Shown: positions 20,093-28,791 of the stretch, in pieces
How positions within the stretch are numbered: the first letter of the stretch is position 1
Layout of the letters: each line of letters begins with the position of its first letter
Origin: an uncultured Solirubrobacterales bacterium
GTDB taxonomy: Bacteria > Actinomycetota > Thermoleophilia > Solirubrobacterales > 70-9
Assembly (NCBI GenBank): GCA_963728365.1
Contig: CAVSJI010000002.1
Location: 49,270 to 113,269, forward strand
Length of the DNA stretch: 64,000 bases
Direction: 5' to 3'
Position numbers and translations under genes: made by a program
The notes under the pieces: generated by a model
The model's database searches: none
What the model was told of the DNA's origin: nothing
Seen by the model: the letters and a program-made list of their open reading frames with translations, nothing else

Positions 20093-21285
20093 TGAAAGAC
20101 AGAGGAGTGCTGATCGTCGGCGGTGGGCTGGCGGCGCAGCGGTGCGCCGAGACGTTGCGGCGTCGCGGCTTCGACGGATCGGTGCGGATGGTCTGCGCCG
20201 AGCCCGACCCGCCCTATGACCGCCCGCCGCTCTCCAAGGAGCTGCTCGCCGGCGAGTTGGAGGAGGAGGCGGTCGCCTACCGGCCGGCCTGGTGGTACGA
20301 GGAAGCGGGCGTCGAGCTGCTGCTCGGCGACGCGGCTGAGGCGCTCGACTCGGTGGCGCGGCGGGTGCGGCTCGGGTCGGGGGCGGAGCTCGGCTACGAG
20401 CAGCTGCTGATCGCCACCGGCAGCGCTGCCCGGCGGCTGCCCTTCCTCGAGGGCTTCGAGAACGTGCACGCGCTGCGCACGCTGGCCGACGCGCGGCGGT
20501 TGCGCGCCGAGCTGGCGCCGGGGGCGCGGCTGGCGATCGTCGGCGCCGGCTTCATCGGCCAGGAGGTCGCCGCCACGGCGCGCCGCCTGGGCGCCGAGGT
20601 GTCCCTGATCGAGGCGCTGGAGACGCCGCTGGCGCCGATTCTCGGGGCGGAGCTGGGCGGCTGGTTCGCCGAGCTGCACACCGGCAAGGGCGTGCGGGTG
20701 CTGACCGGAGCGAGACTGGAGAGCGCCGCCGGTCGCGCCGGGCGCGCGCGCGAGCTGGTCCTCGAGGGCGGCGAGCGGATCGCCTGCGACGCGGTCGTGG
20801 TCGGGGTCGGCACGGCGCCGGCGACCGGGTGGCTGGCCGGCAGCGGGCTCGATGAGAACGGTGTCCGCACCGACGCCGCCGGGCGCACCGCGCTGCCCGG
20901 GGTCTTCGCCGCGGGCGACGCCTCGGTCCGCTTCGACCCGCGTACCGGAGAGCACGCCCGCACCGAGCACTGGGACGCGGCCGCCTGGCAGGGCGCCGCG
21001 GCGGCCAAGGCGATGCTCGGCGCGCAGCCGGGGACGCCGCCGCTGCCCAGCTTCTGGAGCGACCAGTACGGGATTCGGGTCCAGTACGTCGGCCACGCCC
21101 ACCGCGCCGACGCGGTGCGGATCGAGGGCGACCCGCAGGGCCGCGACTTCGAAGCGATCTTCACCAGCGACGGTGCCCCGGTCGCCGGCCTTGCTGTCGG
21201 CCGCCCGCGCTCGATCCCGATGCTGCGCAGGCAGATCGACCGGGCCGGCGCCCCGACTCACGACGAAGCGAAGGAGGCAGCATGA
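20089..21285 (+). CDS. FAD-dependent ferredoxin/rubredoxin reductase (pyridine nucleotide-disulfide oxidoreductase family)
   Basis: VLIVGGGLAAQRCAETLRRRG, YDRPPLSK, LAIVGAGFIGQEVAA, VFAAGD, EHWDAA. ATG 20089 forms an ATGA overlap. Confidence 0.9.
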   Translation: MMKDRGVLIVGGGLAAQRCAETLRRRGFDGSVRMVCAEPDPPYDRPPLSKELLAGELEEEAVAYRPAWWYEEAGVELLLGDAAEALDSVARRVRLGSGAELGYEQLLIATGSAARRLPFLEGFENVHALRTLADARRLRAELAPGARLAIVGAGFIGQEVAATARRLGAEVSLIEALETPLAPILGAELGGWFAELHTGKGVRVLTGARLESAAGRAGRARELVLEGGERIACDAVVVGVGTAPATGWLAGSGLDENGVRTDAAGRTALPGVFAAGDASVRFDPRTGEHARTEHWDAAAWQGAAAAKAMLGAQPGTPPLPSFWSDQYGIRVQYVGHAHRADAVRIEGDPQGRDFEAIFTSDGAPVAGLAVGRPRSIPMLRRQIDRAGAPTHDEAKEAA

Positions 21286-21488
21286 GCTACCGAGCAGTGG
21301 TCGACCCCGACGAGTGCAGCGCCCACGGCGACTGCGTGGAGGTCGCCCCGGAAGTCTTCCGCCTTGACGACACGGCCGTGGTGATCGGCACCGGCCCCTA
21401 TGAGTTGCTGCTCGAGGCGGCCGAGGCCTGCCCGGCGGTCGCGATCTCGATCGTCGACGAGGACTCGGGCGAGGCGGTCTACCCATGA
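21282..21488 (+). CDS. Small single-cluster ferredoxin
   Basis: 68 aa with DPDECSAHGDCVEVAPEVF...ACPVAAI. Overlaps the reductase stop. Confidence 0.85.
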   Translation: MSYRAVVDPDECSAHGDCVEVAPEVFRLDDTAVVIGTGPYELLLEAAEACPAVAISIVDEDSGEAVYP

Positions 21489-21508
21489 CCTTGTGGCGGT
21501 GAGGAAGC

Positions 21509-21663
21509 CGTCTCGATAGGGGTTCCGCTTAACCCCCGGCCGGGGGCGAGTCCGTCCCGGTAGGGGTTCCGCTTAACTTTTTCGGTGCATCGTCGGTGGG
21601 CTGGCGCCTCCAGCTCACGACGAAAAAGTACAAGACGCTCCACCCCTACCGGGACGGACTCGC
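21509..21663. repeat. Structured intergenic block: 17-nt direct repeat, GC hairpin and a 21-bp perfect inverted repeat
   Basis: TAGGGGTTCCGCTTAAC at 21517-21533 and 21561-21577. CCCCCGGCCGGGGG at 21533-21546. GCGAGTCCGTCCCGGTAGGGG at 21546-21566 pairs with 21643-21663. Inner stem CTTTTTCG (21577-21584) pairs with CGAAAAAG (21621-21628). The block lies between convergent genes. Confidence 0.8.
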
Positions 21664-22245
21664 GGTGCGCGCAGGAGCTGATTGAGACTGGGGCTCACCC
21701 GCGTTTTTGGTGAGCTTGCTCAGTAGCAGGATGGTGGCCGGGAGGGTGGGGATTGCTATTAGGAGGAGGAACCAGGGTTGGGTGGCGTCGGTGCCTGCGG
21801 TGAGGGTGTGGGCTATGCCGAGCAGCCAGAAGAGGGCGGTGAAGCGGTGCAGGGAGCGCCAGCGGGATTGGCCGATGGTGCGGCGGGCGTAGTAGGAGAG
21901 GCCGAGGGCGGCGAGGCCCCAGCCGGCGACGATCCCGATCCCGGTCCAGAAGGGGCGGTAGGCGCCGGTGAAGGGGACCGAGATGTCGAGCGGCGAGGGG
22001 TGCATGTAGTGGTCGCCGAGCAGCGCCACGCCGTGCACGGCGATCGCCACCAGAGTCGCCAGCGAGAGCGCCTCGTGCAGCGCCTTGGTGTCGCTGCCGA
22101 GGCCCTTCAACGCGCCGCCGCGCGAGCCGATCAGGAGGCCGGCGCCGACCGCGAGGCTCGAGAGGACGAGCGCCGCGGTGCCGGCGGCGCGACTGGTGAT
22201 CCAGAAGACGTGCGGCCCGGCGGAGACCGCGCCGGCGACGATCAC
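21646..22245 (-). CDS. Ferric-reductase-like di-heme transmembrane protein (paralogue of 19472-20092)
   Basis: LHEALSLATLVAIAVHGVALLGD and HRFTALFWLLGIAHTLT match the paralogue motif for motif. Confidence 0.75.
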   Translation of the reverse strand: MIVAGAVSAGPHVFWITSRAAGTAALVLSSLAVGAGLLIGSRGGALKGLGSDTKALHEALSLATLVAIAVHGVALLGDHYMHPSPLDISVPFTGAYRPFWTGIGIVAGWGLAALGLSYYARRTIGQSRWRSLHRFTALFWLLGIAHTLTAGTDATQPWFLLLIAIPTLPATILLLSKLTKNAGEPQSQSAPARTASPSR

Positions 22246-22631
22246 GAGGACGCGGTGACGACCGGTTCGGGTTCGGGCGCCGGTTCCGGTTCGACTTCGG
22301 CGAATTCTTCTTCGATCGCTTCCGCCTCAGGCGCGAATTCTTCTTCCGGTTCGGGTTCGAGCGCCGGTTCGTCCTCGTCGGAGGTTTCCGGTTCGGGCGC
22401 CGCCTGCGGTTCGGTCGCCGCCACCGAGTGCCGGCCGGCCCGCTTCGGCGCGCTGCTCAGCGCCGGGTCGTTGCCGCTCACCAGCTGGGCGAAGACGATC
22501 GCCCAGACCGCGGCGAAAAGCGCCAGCGAGCCGCGCAGCGTGCGCCGCCGGATCGTCGCCACCCGCCGCCGCCTCGCCCTGACCTTGGCCCGGGCCAGGC
22601 CCTTCGCCTCGAGTCGCGTGGTCTCGTCCAT
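22242..22631 (-). CDS. Small single-pass membrane protein with acidic Pro/Glu-rich ectodomain ending in PVVTASS
   Basis: Basic N-terminus, TM LALFAAVWAIVFAQLV, then EPEPEEEF.. repeats. 4-nt overlap with the downstream FRD gene. Confidence 0.6.
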   Translation of the reverse strand: MDETTRLEAKGLARAKVRARRRRVATIRRRTLRGSLALFAAVWAIVFAQLVSGNDPALSSAPKRAGRHSVAATEPQAAPEPETSDEDEPALEPEPEEEFAPEAEAIEEEFAEVEPEPAPEPEPVVTASS

Positions 22632-22709
22632 GCCCGAGATGCTCCGGGCGGATTCCTAAGCGCCGCCAAAAGTCAGGTAAGAAAGCTCTTACAGCTAGGC
22701 TGCCCGGCC

Positions 22710-23204
22710 ATGGATGTCATCGACGAGCTGCTGGGCAAGAACGACGCGGTCGCCGCCTCGCTGGCGCCGCGCCACCTGGACGTGCGGCCGAGCCTGCGCC
22801 TGGCGATCGTCACCTGCATGGACTCGCGGCTCGACGTCTTCGCAGCGCTGGGGCTGGGTGACGGCGAGGCGCACGTCTTGCGCAACGCCGGCGGGGTGAT
22901 CACCGACGACGTGATCCGCTCGCTGGCGATCTCCCAGCGGCTGCTCGGCACCCGCGAGGTGATGCTGATCCATCACACCGACTGCGGCATGCTGAAGCTC
23001 ACCGACGACGGCTTCCGCGCCGAGTTGCAGGCCGACACCGGCGTCGCCCCGGCCTTCGCGATCGAGTCCTTCACCGACCTCGACGCCGACGTGCGCCAGT
23101 CGCTCCTGCGCGTGCGCCGCTCCGAGTTCCTCCCCCACCGCGACGCGGTGCGCGGCTTCGTCTACGACGTCGACACCCACCGTCTGCGCGAGGTCAAGGC
23201 CTGA
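22710..23204 (+). CDS. Beta-class carbonic anhydrase-like protein
   Basis: VTCMDSRLD, HVLRNAGG, LIHHTDCGM (Cys-Asp-Arg...His-x-x-Cys zinc site). ATG at 22710. Confidence 0.8.
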   Translation: MDVIDELLGKNDAVAASLAPRHLDVRPSLRLAIVTCMDSRLDVFAALGLGDGEAHVLRNAGGVITDDVIRSLAISQRLLGTREVMLIHHTDCGMLKLTDDGFRAELQADTGVAPAFAIESFTDLDADVRQSLLRVRRSEFLPHRDAVRGFVYDVDTHRLREVKA

Positions 23205-23222
23205 ACAGCCCGGCCGGCACCG

Positions 23223-24770
23223 TCACCCGCCGAGCTTGAAGGCGACGATCTGCGCTTCCTGGCCGGCCGCGGCGGCGAGCCCGGCCGGCGCGATCAGCAT
23301 GTCGCCCTCGGCCATCACGCCTGAGTTGGTCCCGGCTGGCAGGCTCTGACGCCAGACCACCTGGCCCGACTTCGCGTCGAAGGCGCTGACCACGCCTTCG
23401 GAGGACGTGGCGAAGACGAGGTCGTTGACCACGGTGGTCGCGCCGAACGCCGGGGTGGAGAGCTTTTCCTTCCACTTGACCTTGCCCGTGGCCAGGTCGA
23501 GTGCCGCGACTTCGCCGCTCGGAGTACCGTTTTCCACCGTTTCGCTGCCCGAGACCAGTTCGATCGCGTTGTTGACGATTGGCACGAAGACCGACTTGCC
23601 GTCGGTCGACGCCGGCGCAATCACGCCGCCCAACGAGCCGGGGTAAAGGGTCCCGGTCTTGATCTTCGACTCTTCGCCGCGCATCGCCAGCAGGCCGTCT
23701 TCATCGTGGCCGTTGTGTTCGCCGACGGCGCGCTTCCAGATTGTCTTGCCGGTCTTCGGGTCGGCGGCGAGCACGATGCCCGACTTGCCCGCGGCGACGA
23801 CGATTTCGCGACCGCCCGACTGGGTGAGAATCGGCGGGCCCTGGAAATCCCAGTCGTGGAGATCGTGCGGAGTGACCTGGTTGTACCACTCGAGCTTGCC
23901 GGTCTTGGCGTTGAGCTTGACCAGCGAGTCGGTGTAGAGGTTGGGCCCGGGACGGCTCGAGCCCCAGGGGTATTTGCCGGTTCCCGGAAAGGGCGCCGGG
24001 TTGCCGACCCCGATGTACATCGAGCCCTTGCCGTCGAAGGCCGGCGGGTACCAGACGCCGCCGCCGGCGTTGACCGTCGGCTTGCCCCAGAGGTCCTCGG
24101 GCACCGTGTCGAAATGCCACTTTTTCTTACCCGTCTTCGCGTCGAGCCCCCAGAGGATGCCGACGCCGCCGCCTTCGTAGAGCTCGTTGGCGTTGAGCGG
24201 CACGGTCGAGACGTAGACCATCCCGGCGTCGTAGCCGGGGGCCATGTCGATGCCCTCGTGTTCGTTGCGGGTGAGTTTCACCGACCAGAGCTCTTCGCCA
24301 CTTTCCTGGTCGAGGGCGAAGGCTTCGGTCGGCGTCGCGCCGAAGACCTTGCCTTCGGAGACGACGACCCCATTCGGCCCCTCGTCGGGCTGTTCGAAGC
24401 TGGCGTTCCAGAGCACCTTGCCCGATTCGAGGTCGAGCGCCTGCACGTTGGAGGCGAGATCCTGCGAGTAGATCACGCCCTTGTCGATCACAGGAGTGGA
24501 GGCGTAGCTGCCGAAGTTGCTTTCGCCGGTGATCGGCGCGCTCCAGGCTTCACTGAGGCTGGTGACGTTGGAGCTGTTGATTTCGCTCGGGGCGCTGCGG
24601 GTGTTCGCTGCGTCGACTCCGGGGAAGCCGGAGCCGGTGAAGCTGGCTTCGCCGCCCGAGGACGAGGACGAGCCGCCACAGCCGCCAATCGCCAGCGCCG
24701 CGACGAGGGCCGCCGCTACGAAAGGCCCGGCAGCGCGCATCGGCCAGTTCCCCCTGCTCAGACTGGTCAT
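23223..24770 (-). CDS. Lipoprotein with PQQ-like/BamB-like beta-propeller repeats
   Basis: Lipobox LAIGGC. Repeated G.V(Y/F)..(T/D)..G.L.A.D..TGK..W blades. 4-nt overlap with the upstream flavoprotein gene. Confidence 0.7.
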   Translation of the reverse strand: MTSLSRGNWPMRAAGPFVAAALVAALAIGGCGGSSSSSGGEASFTGSGFPGVDAANTRSAPSEINSSNVTSLSEAWSAPITGESNFGSYASTPVIDKGVIYSQDLASNVQALDLESGKVLWNASFEQPDEGPNGVVVSEGKVFGATPTEAFALDQESGEELWSVKLTRNEHEGIDMAPGYDAGMVYVSTVPLNANELYEGGGVGILWGLDAKTGKKKWHFDTVPEDLWGKPTVNAGGGVWYPPAFDGKGSMYIGVGNPAPFPGTGKYPWGSSRPGPNLYTDSLVKLNAKTGKLEWYNQVTPHDLHDWDFQGPPILTQSGGREIVVAAGKSGIVLAADPKTGKTIWKRAVGEHNGHDEDGLLAMRGEESKIKTGTLYPGSLGGVIAPASTDGKSVFVPIVNNAIELVSGSETVENGTPSGEVAALDLATGKVKWKEKLSTPAFGATTVVNDLVFATSSEGVVSAFDAKSGQVVWRQSLPAGTNSGVMAEGDMLIAPAGLAAAAGQEAQIVAFKLGG

Positions 24771-26095
24771 TGCGCGACCCTATGCGATTGTTTTGTACCT
24801 GTCAAATAATCTCGGACAATTGGCTGAAGGACCCGGTTGGAGAGCAGGCCGAGCGCCCCGAGGTTGGCGAAGCCGGGGCCCTGACTGAGCCCGGCGAGGC
24901 CCGGGATGTGCAGGCGGGGGCTCATGCCGCGCAGCTCCAGATGGCGGCCGATCGGCACCTCGGTTCCCGCCGGCCGGTCCCAAACCTGGCCCACCTGGCG
25001 CTCGATCTCCTCGCGCACGGCGGCCGGGAAGAGGGTGCGCAGCTGGGCCAGCAGGTCGAATCCGGTGCAGTTGGCGACGAAGTCGTGCTCGCTTCCGGCC
25101 GGCCCCTCCGGCGATTCGTACTCGAGCCGCACACCCGCCCCGTCGCGGGTCGCGCCGACGTCGGTGACCCGGCCGGTGAGGAAGCGACAGCGATCGTCGT
25201 AGGCGATCTTGTCGAGGCTCGGCGGGTCGAAGACGCCGCGGTCGGAATGCTTGACGAAGTCGCGGCGCGTCTGCAGGTCGAGCGACTCCCATTCGACCGT
25301 GTCGGGATTGGAGAAGACGCGGTTCTCGAGGAAGCTCTCGCCGCGGCTCATCGGCAGCATCGGCGTGTAGATCGTGAAGCGGCAGTCCGGCCGCATCTCG
25401 CGCAGGAACATCGTCGCGCTGAGGGCGCTCTCGCCGCCGCCGACGATCGCCACGTCCTGCTCACAGCCCTCGGGAATGCGGGCGAACTCCTCGCGGCGGC
25501 TGTCGCAGTGGAAGACCCGCCCCTCGACCGCCGGCTCGTGCGGAAAGGCGCGGTGGATTCCCGGCCCGGTGAGGACCAGCGCCCGCCCGCGGTGACGCGA
25601 GGCGCCCTGGGGCCGCTCGGCCTCGACCAGCCACCCCTCCGCGTCCTCCTCGAGCCGCACCTGCGTGACCCGGGCGCGCAGATGCTCGACCCCCTCGGTC
25701 GCCTTGCCGAGGACCCAGGTGAGGTACTCGCCGTAGTCGCGGTGGCGGACCTGCGGCGAGCCGGCGTCGACCCAGCGCGCGTAGCGGCGGGTGGCGATCA
25801 TGAACTGCTGCCAGGTGAACTGGCCGAGGGCCGCGTCGACCGCCTCGCCGGCCTCGCCGAACTCGATGTGGCTCTGGTAGGGGAAGCCGATGTCCTTGAT
25901 CGGGGTTACCGCCAGCGGCTCCTCGCCCGAGGTCATCCCGTTGCGCCCCTTCCAGGAAGCGGCGGCCTCGGTGCTCTCGATCACCAGCGCCGAGATCCGG
26001 GCGAGGCCGAGAGCGTTGAGGACGTGGACCTTTGTCGCGATCCCCGCCGCCTTGGCGCCGGCGCCGACGACGATCAGGTCGTGGCGCTCGCTCAT
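24767..26095 (-). CDS. FAD/NAD(P)-binding flavoprotein monooxygenase, SidA/IucD/PvdA-like N-hydroxylase (tentative)
   Basis: Two dinucleotide folds, LIVVGAGAKAAG and VAIVGGGESA, plus a WKGRNGM block. Subfamily assignment is from memory only. Confidence 0.55.
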   Translation of the reverse strand: MSERHDLIVVGAGAKAAGIATKVHVLNALGLARISALVIESTEAAASWKGRNGMTSGEEPLAVTPIKDIGFPYQSHIEFGEAGEAVDAALGQFTWQQFMIATRRYARWVDAGSPQVRHRDYGEYLTWVLGKATEGVEHLRARVTQVRLEEDAEGWLVEAERPQGASRHRGRALVLTGPGIHRAFPHEPAVEGRVFHCDSRREEFARIPEGCEQDVAIVGGGESALSATMFLREMRPDCRFTIYTPMLPMSRGESFLENRVFSNPDTVEWESLDLQTRRDFVKHSDRGVFDPPSLDKIAYDDRCRFLTGRVTDVGATRDGAGVRLEYESPEGPAGSEHDFVANCTGFDLLAQLRTLFPAAVREEIERQVGQVWDRPAGTEVPIGRHLELRGMSPRLHIPGLAGLSQGPGFANLGALGLLSNRVLQPIVRDYLTGTKQSHRVAQ

Positions 26096-27705
26096 GCCAG
26101 GGCGGGGGTTCGGGGGCGGGCGACGACCAGGCCGTGGTCGGCGGGGCTGAAGGAGATCGCGGCGCGGGCGATCCGCTCGCCGCCGGACTCGACCGGCTCG
26201 AGGTCGACCTCCTCGAGCACGGTGCGCAGCACCCGCTTCATCTCCTGTTCGGCGTAGCTGGCGGCGAGGCAGCGGCGGGCGCCGCCGCCGAAGGGGATCC
26301 AGGTCGGCACCGCGGCGCGCTGGGTGAGGAAGCGCTCGGGGATGAACTCGCTTGGGCTCTCATAGACGTCCTCGCGATGGTGGACGAGGTAGACGCAGGG
26401 CGCGATCAGCGTCCCGGCCGACAGCTCGTAGCCGCCCAGCGTCGCCGGCTTCAAGAGGCGCCGGACGACGACCGAGACCGGCGGGCGCAGGCGCAGGGTC
26501 TCCTTGACCACCGCGTCGAGGTACTCGTCTCCCCCGCCCTCGCGGACTTCTCCCTGCAGGCGCTCCAGCTTGTCCGGGTGGCGCAGGAGTCGCTCGAAGA
26601 CCCAGGCGAGCGAGCTCGAGGTCGGGCCGTCGGTGAGCAGGGTGAGCAGTTCGTCGCGCAGCTCTTTCTCGCTGAGCGGCGCGCCCTGCTCGTCGCGGGC
26701 GTCGACGAGGATCGAGACCGCATCGCGGCGGCCGTCCTCGCCTTCGTCCCGGCGGCGGCGCGCCTCGGCGAGCACGGCGTCCTCGACCGGGTCCATCGCC
26801 GTTCGCCAGCCGGGTTCCGCTTCGAGCCAGTCCGAGCCGAAGAGGGCCAGCTTCAAGAGCCGATCGGGGTCGTTGATCGCCTCGGTCAGGTTGGTGAGCA
26901 GGCCGCGCAGCGGGTCGAGCCGCCCCTCGTCGTCGCCGAAGACCGCGCGCATCACCACCTCCTGGGTGAGCTCCTGCATCCGCGGCCATAGCGCGAAGGG
27001 CTCGCCGGCCGGCCAGGAGCGCACTGCCTGGCGAGCCAGCTCGGTCATCGCCCCGGCGTCCTCGCGCATCCGCTCGCCGTGAAAGCGGGGCAGCATCATC
27101 TTGCGGCGCACCATGTGCTCGGGCTCCTCGCTGAGCATCACCGAGTGGGCGCCGAGGACGGGGCGCAGGGCCAGGTTCGGCATGCCGACGCCGAGCTCGT
27201 CGGTGCCGGTCGAGAAGACGCGTTTGACGTCCTCGGGGTCGGAGAGCAGGACCCAGGTGCCGAGGTGGCGCAGGCGCAGGGTGAAGGTGTCGCCGAAACG
27301 CTCGCGACACTGCTCGAGCATCGGCAGCGGCTCGTAGGCCCAGCGCATCGATTGGACCATCTCCGGGTCCTCAGGGCCCGGCGGCAGGCCGGCGTCGGAG
27401 TCGGCAGCCGCGCTCGCCGCGCCGGGCTCGGCCATCAGCTCGTCCTCGAGCTTGCAGGTGGCGCCGATCAAGAGCTCGAAGAGCTCGGCGGTGAAGTCCT
27501 CGGGCAGCCCCGCCTCGGCGCCGCGCGCCAGGTAGCGGGAGCAGACTTGGGCCACCCGCTCGGGCTGCATCATCGGGATCCCGTGCTCGCCCTTGTACTC
27601 GGCGACTTCGCGGCAGATCTGAAAGCGCTCGCCAAGCAGCCGCGCGATCTCCGCATCGATCGGGTCCAACCGCTCCCGAAACCCTGTGAGGCTCGCGTCG
27701 CTCAT
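26092..27705 (-). CDS. AroQ-type chorismate-mutase-like domain fused to a cytochrome P450
   Basis: N-terminal ~95 aa: FRERLDPIDAEIARLLGERFQICREVAEYKGEHGIPMMQPERVAQV (AroQ pattern). C-terminal ETLRLRPP (ExxR) and FGGGARRCLA heme-Cys loop (~26262-26295). Confidence 0.8.
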   Translation of the reverse strand: MSDASLTGFRERLDPIDAEIARLLGERFQICREVAEYKGEHGIPMMQPERVAQVCSRYLARGAEAGLPEDFTAELFELLIGATCKLEDELMAEPGAASAAADSDAGLPPGPEDPEMVQSMRWAYEPLPMLEQCRERFGDTFTLRLRHLGTWVLLSDPEDVKRVFSTGTDELGVGMPNLALRPVLGAHSVMLSEEPEHMVRRKMMLPRFHGERMREDAGAMTELARQAVRSWPAGEPFALWPRMQELTQEVVMRAVFGDDEGRLDPLRGLLTNLTEAINDPDRLLKLALFGSDWLEAEPGWRTAMDPVEDAVLAEARRRRDEGEDGRRDAVSILVDARDEQGAPLSEKELRDELLTLLTDGPTSSSLAWVFERLLRHPDKLERLQGEVREGGGDEYLDAVVKETLRLRPPVSVVVRRLLKPATLGGYELSAGTLIAPCVYLVHHREDVYESPSEFIPERFLTQRAAVPTWIPFGGGARRCLAASYAEQEMKRVLRTVLEEVDLEPVESGGERIARAAISFSPADHGLVVARPRTPALA

Positions 27706-28721
27706 AGGAGAGCCTCCCTTCCGGTGCGCCTTATGTGGTCATGGGCCGCAAAAGGCGCACCGGAAGCGGCTGGGGCGCCTAGGAGGCCCGTAGCGAAGGA
27801 GTGGCTGCAGGCTGCTAGGGATGCCAATGCGTAACCGCCCTCCTGGACTGTGCAGACCGGCAGGTCCGTGGCGGCCAGCTGGGCGCCGATCTCGGTGAAT
27901 ATCTCCGGGCCGAAGGACCAGGAGCCGTGCGGGTCACCGGCTACGGTGTCGTAGCCGAGCGAGACGACCAGCGCCTCCGAGGTTCCGGCAAGCGCCTCGA
28001 GCGAGTCGGCGAGGGCCGCAAGGTAGGCGTCCGCTTCCGGGCTGCCGGCAAGCTCGACCACGACTTCGCGCTCGCTGCGCGGCGCGACCGTGCCCCCGGC
28101 GACGTTGGTGACCGGCGCGGCGTGCAGCGAGCACAGCCGAACGTCGGTCATCGACTCGACGATCGCCGCGGTGCCGTTCGGGTAGTGCAGGTCGAGGTCG
28201 AGGATGCCGACCGGGCCGATCCCCGCCTGGCGCAGGGTCTGCGTCGCGGCTGCCGCGGTATTCAGGTAGCAGTAGCCGGCAAACCAGGCCGGGCCGGCAT
28301 GGTGGCCGGGGGGTCGGCAGAGCGCGTAGGCGAAGCGGGCGCCGGCGGCGAGCCGCTCCGCCGCGGTGATCGCCGTCCGCACGCCCTCCCAGGCGGCCTC
28401 GACCAGGCCGGCGCTGACCGGAATGTCGGGCGGCAGGCCGGGCGGCGTCAGCTCCGGCATCACCAGCGGCTCGACCGTCGCCGCGCCGAGCGCTTCCAGG
28501 TAGCCGGGCTCGTGCAGGACGCTGAGCGTCTGCTCGACCTCTTCGGCGTCGGCGTCGGCGACCTCGGCCCGCACCCGCTCGTTGCGCAGCAGGCCGCGGC
28601 GCAGCTCCTTCATGCGCCGGCCGTCATCGGCGCCGGGCTTGATCTCGCCGGCTTCGAGGATCCAGTGGGCGGCGTCGGCGCCGTTGCCGGCGCGCTGCTC
28701 GACCAGTAGCAGCTCCGTCAT
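27702..28721 (-). CDS. Histone-deacetylase-family (acetylpolyamine/acetoin-utilisation type) amidohydrolase
   Basis: CRPPGHHAGPAWFAGYCYLN, LDLDLHYPNG and GYD blocks typical of the arginase/deacetylase fold. Confidence 0.8.
   Translation of the reverse strand: MTELLLVEQRAGNGADAAHWILEAGEIKPGADDGRRMKELRRGLLRNERVRAEVADADAEEVEQTLSVLHEPGYLEALGAATVEPLVMPELTPPGLPPDIPVSAGLVEAAWEGVRTAITAAERLAAGARFAYALCRPPGHHAGPAWFAGYCYLNTAAAATQTLRQAGIGPVGILDLDLHYPNGTAAIVESMTDVRLCSLHAAPVTNVAGGTVAPRSEREVVVELAGSPEADAYLAALADSLEALAGTSEALVVSLGYDTVAGDPHGSWSFGPEIFTEIGAQLAATDLPVCTVQEGGYALASLAACSHSFATGLLGAPAASGAPFAAHDHIRRTGREALL
27719..27765. repeat. 47-nt palindromic element, copy B
   Basis: TTCCGGTGCGCCTTATGTGGTCATGGGCCGCAAAAGGCGCACCGGAA. 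Lies inside the last ~20 codons of the deacetylase ORF and just upstream of the GGGAGG RBS of the P450 fusion. Confidence 0.85.
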
Positions 28722-28791
28722 CGCAGCCCCCCTTCCGAGATTGACCCCACCAGAGCGGGGTGAATGTCGGAAGCGCGCGCTCCCATCGCCA

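Noticed and set aside
21517-21577. Direct repeats that might hint at a CRISPR array
   Set aside because: There are only two 17-nt copies with a 27-nt spacer and no further periodicity or cas genes. They are better explained as part of a terminator or structured element.
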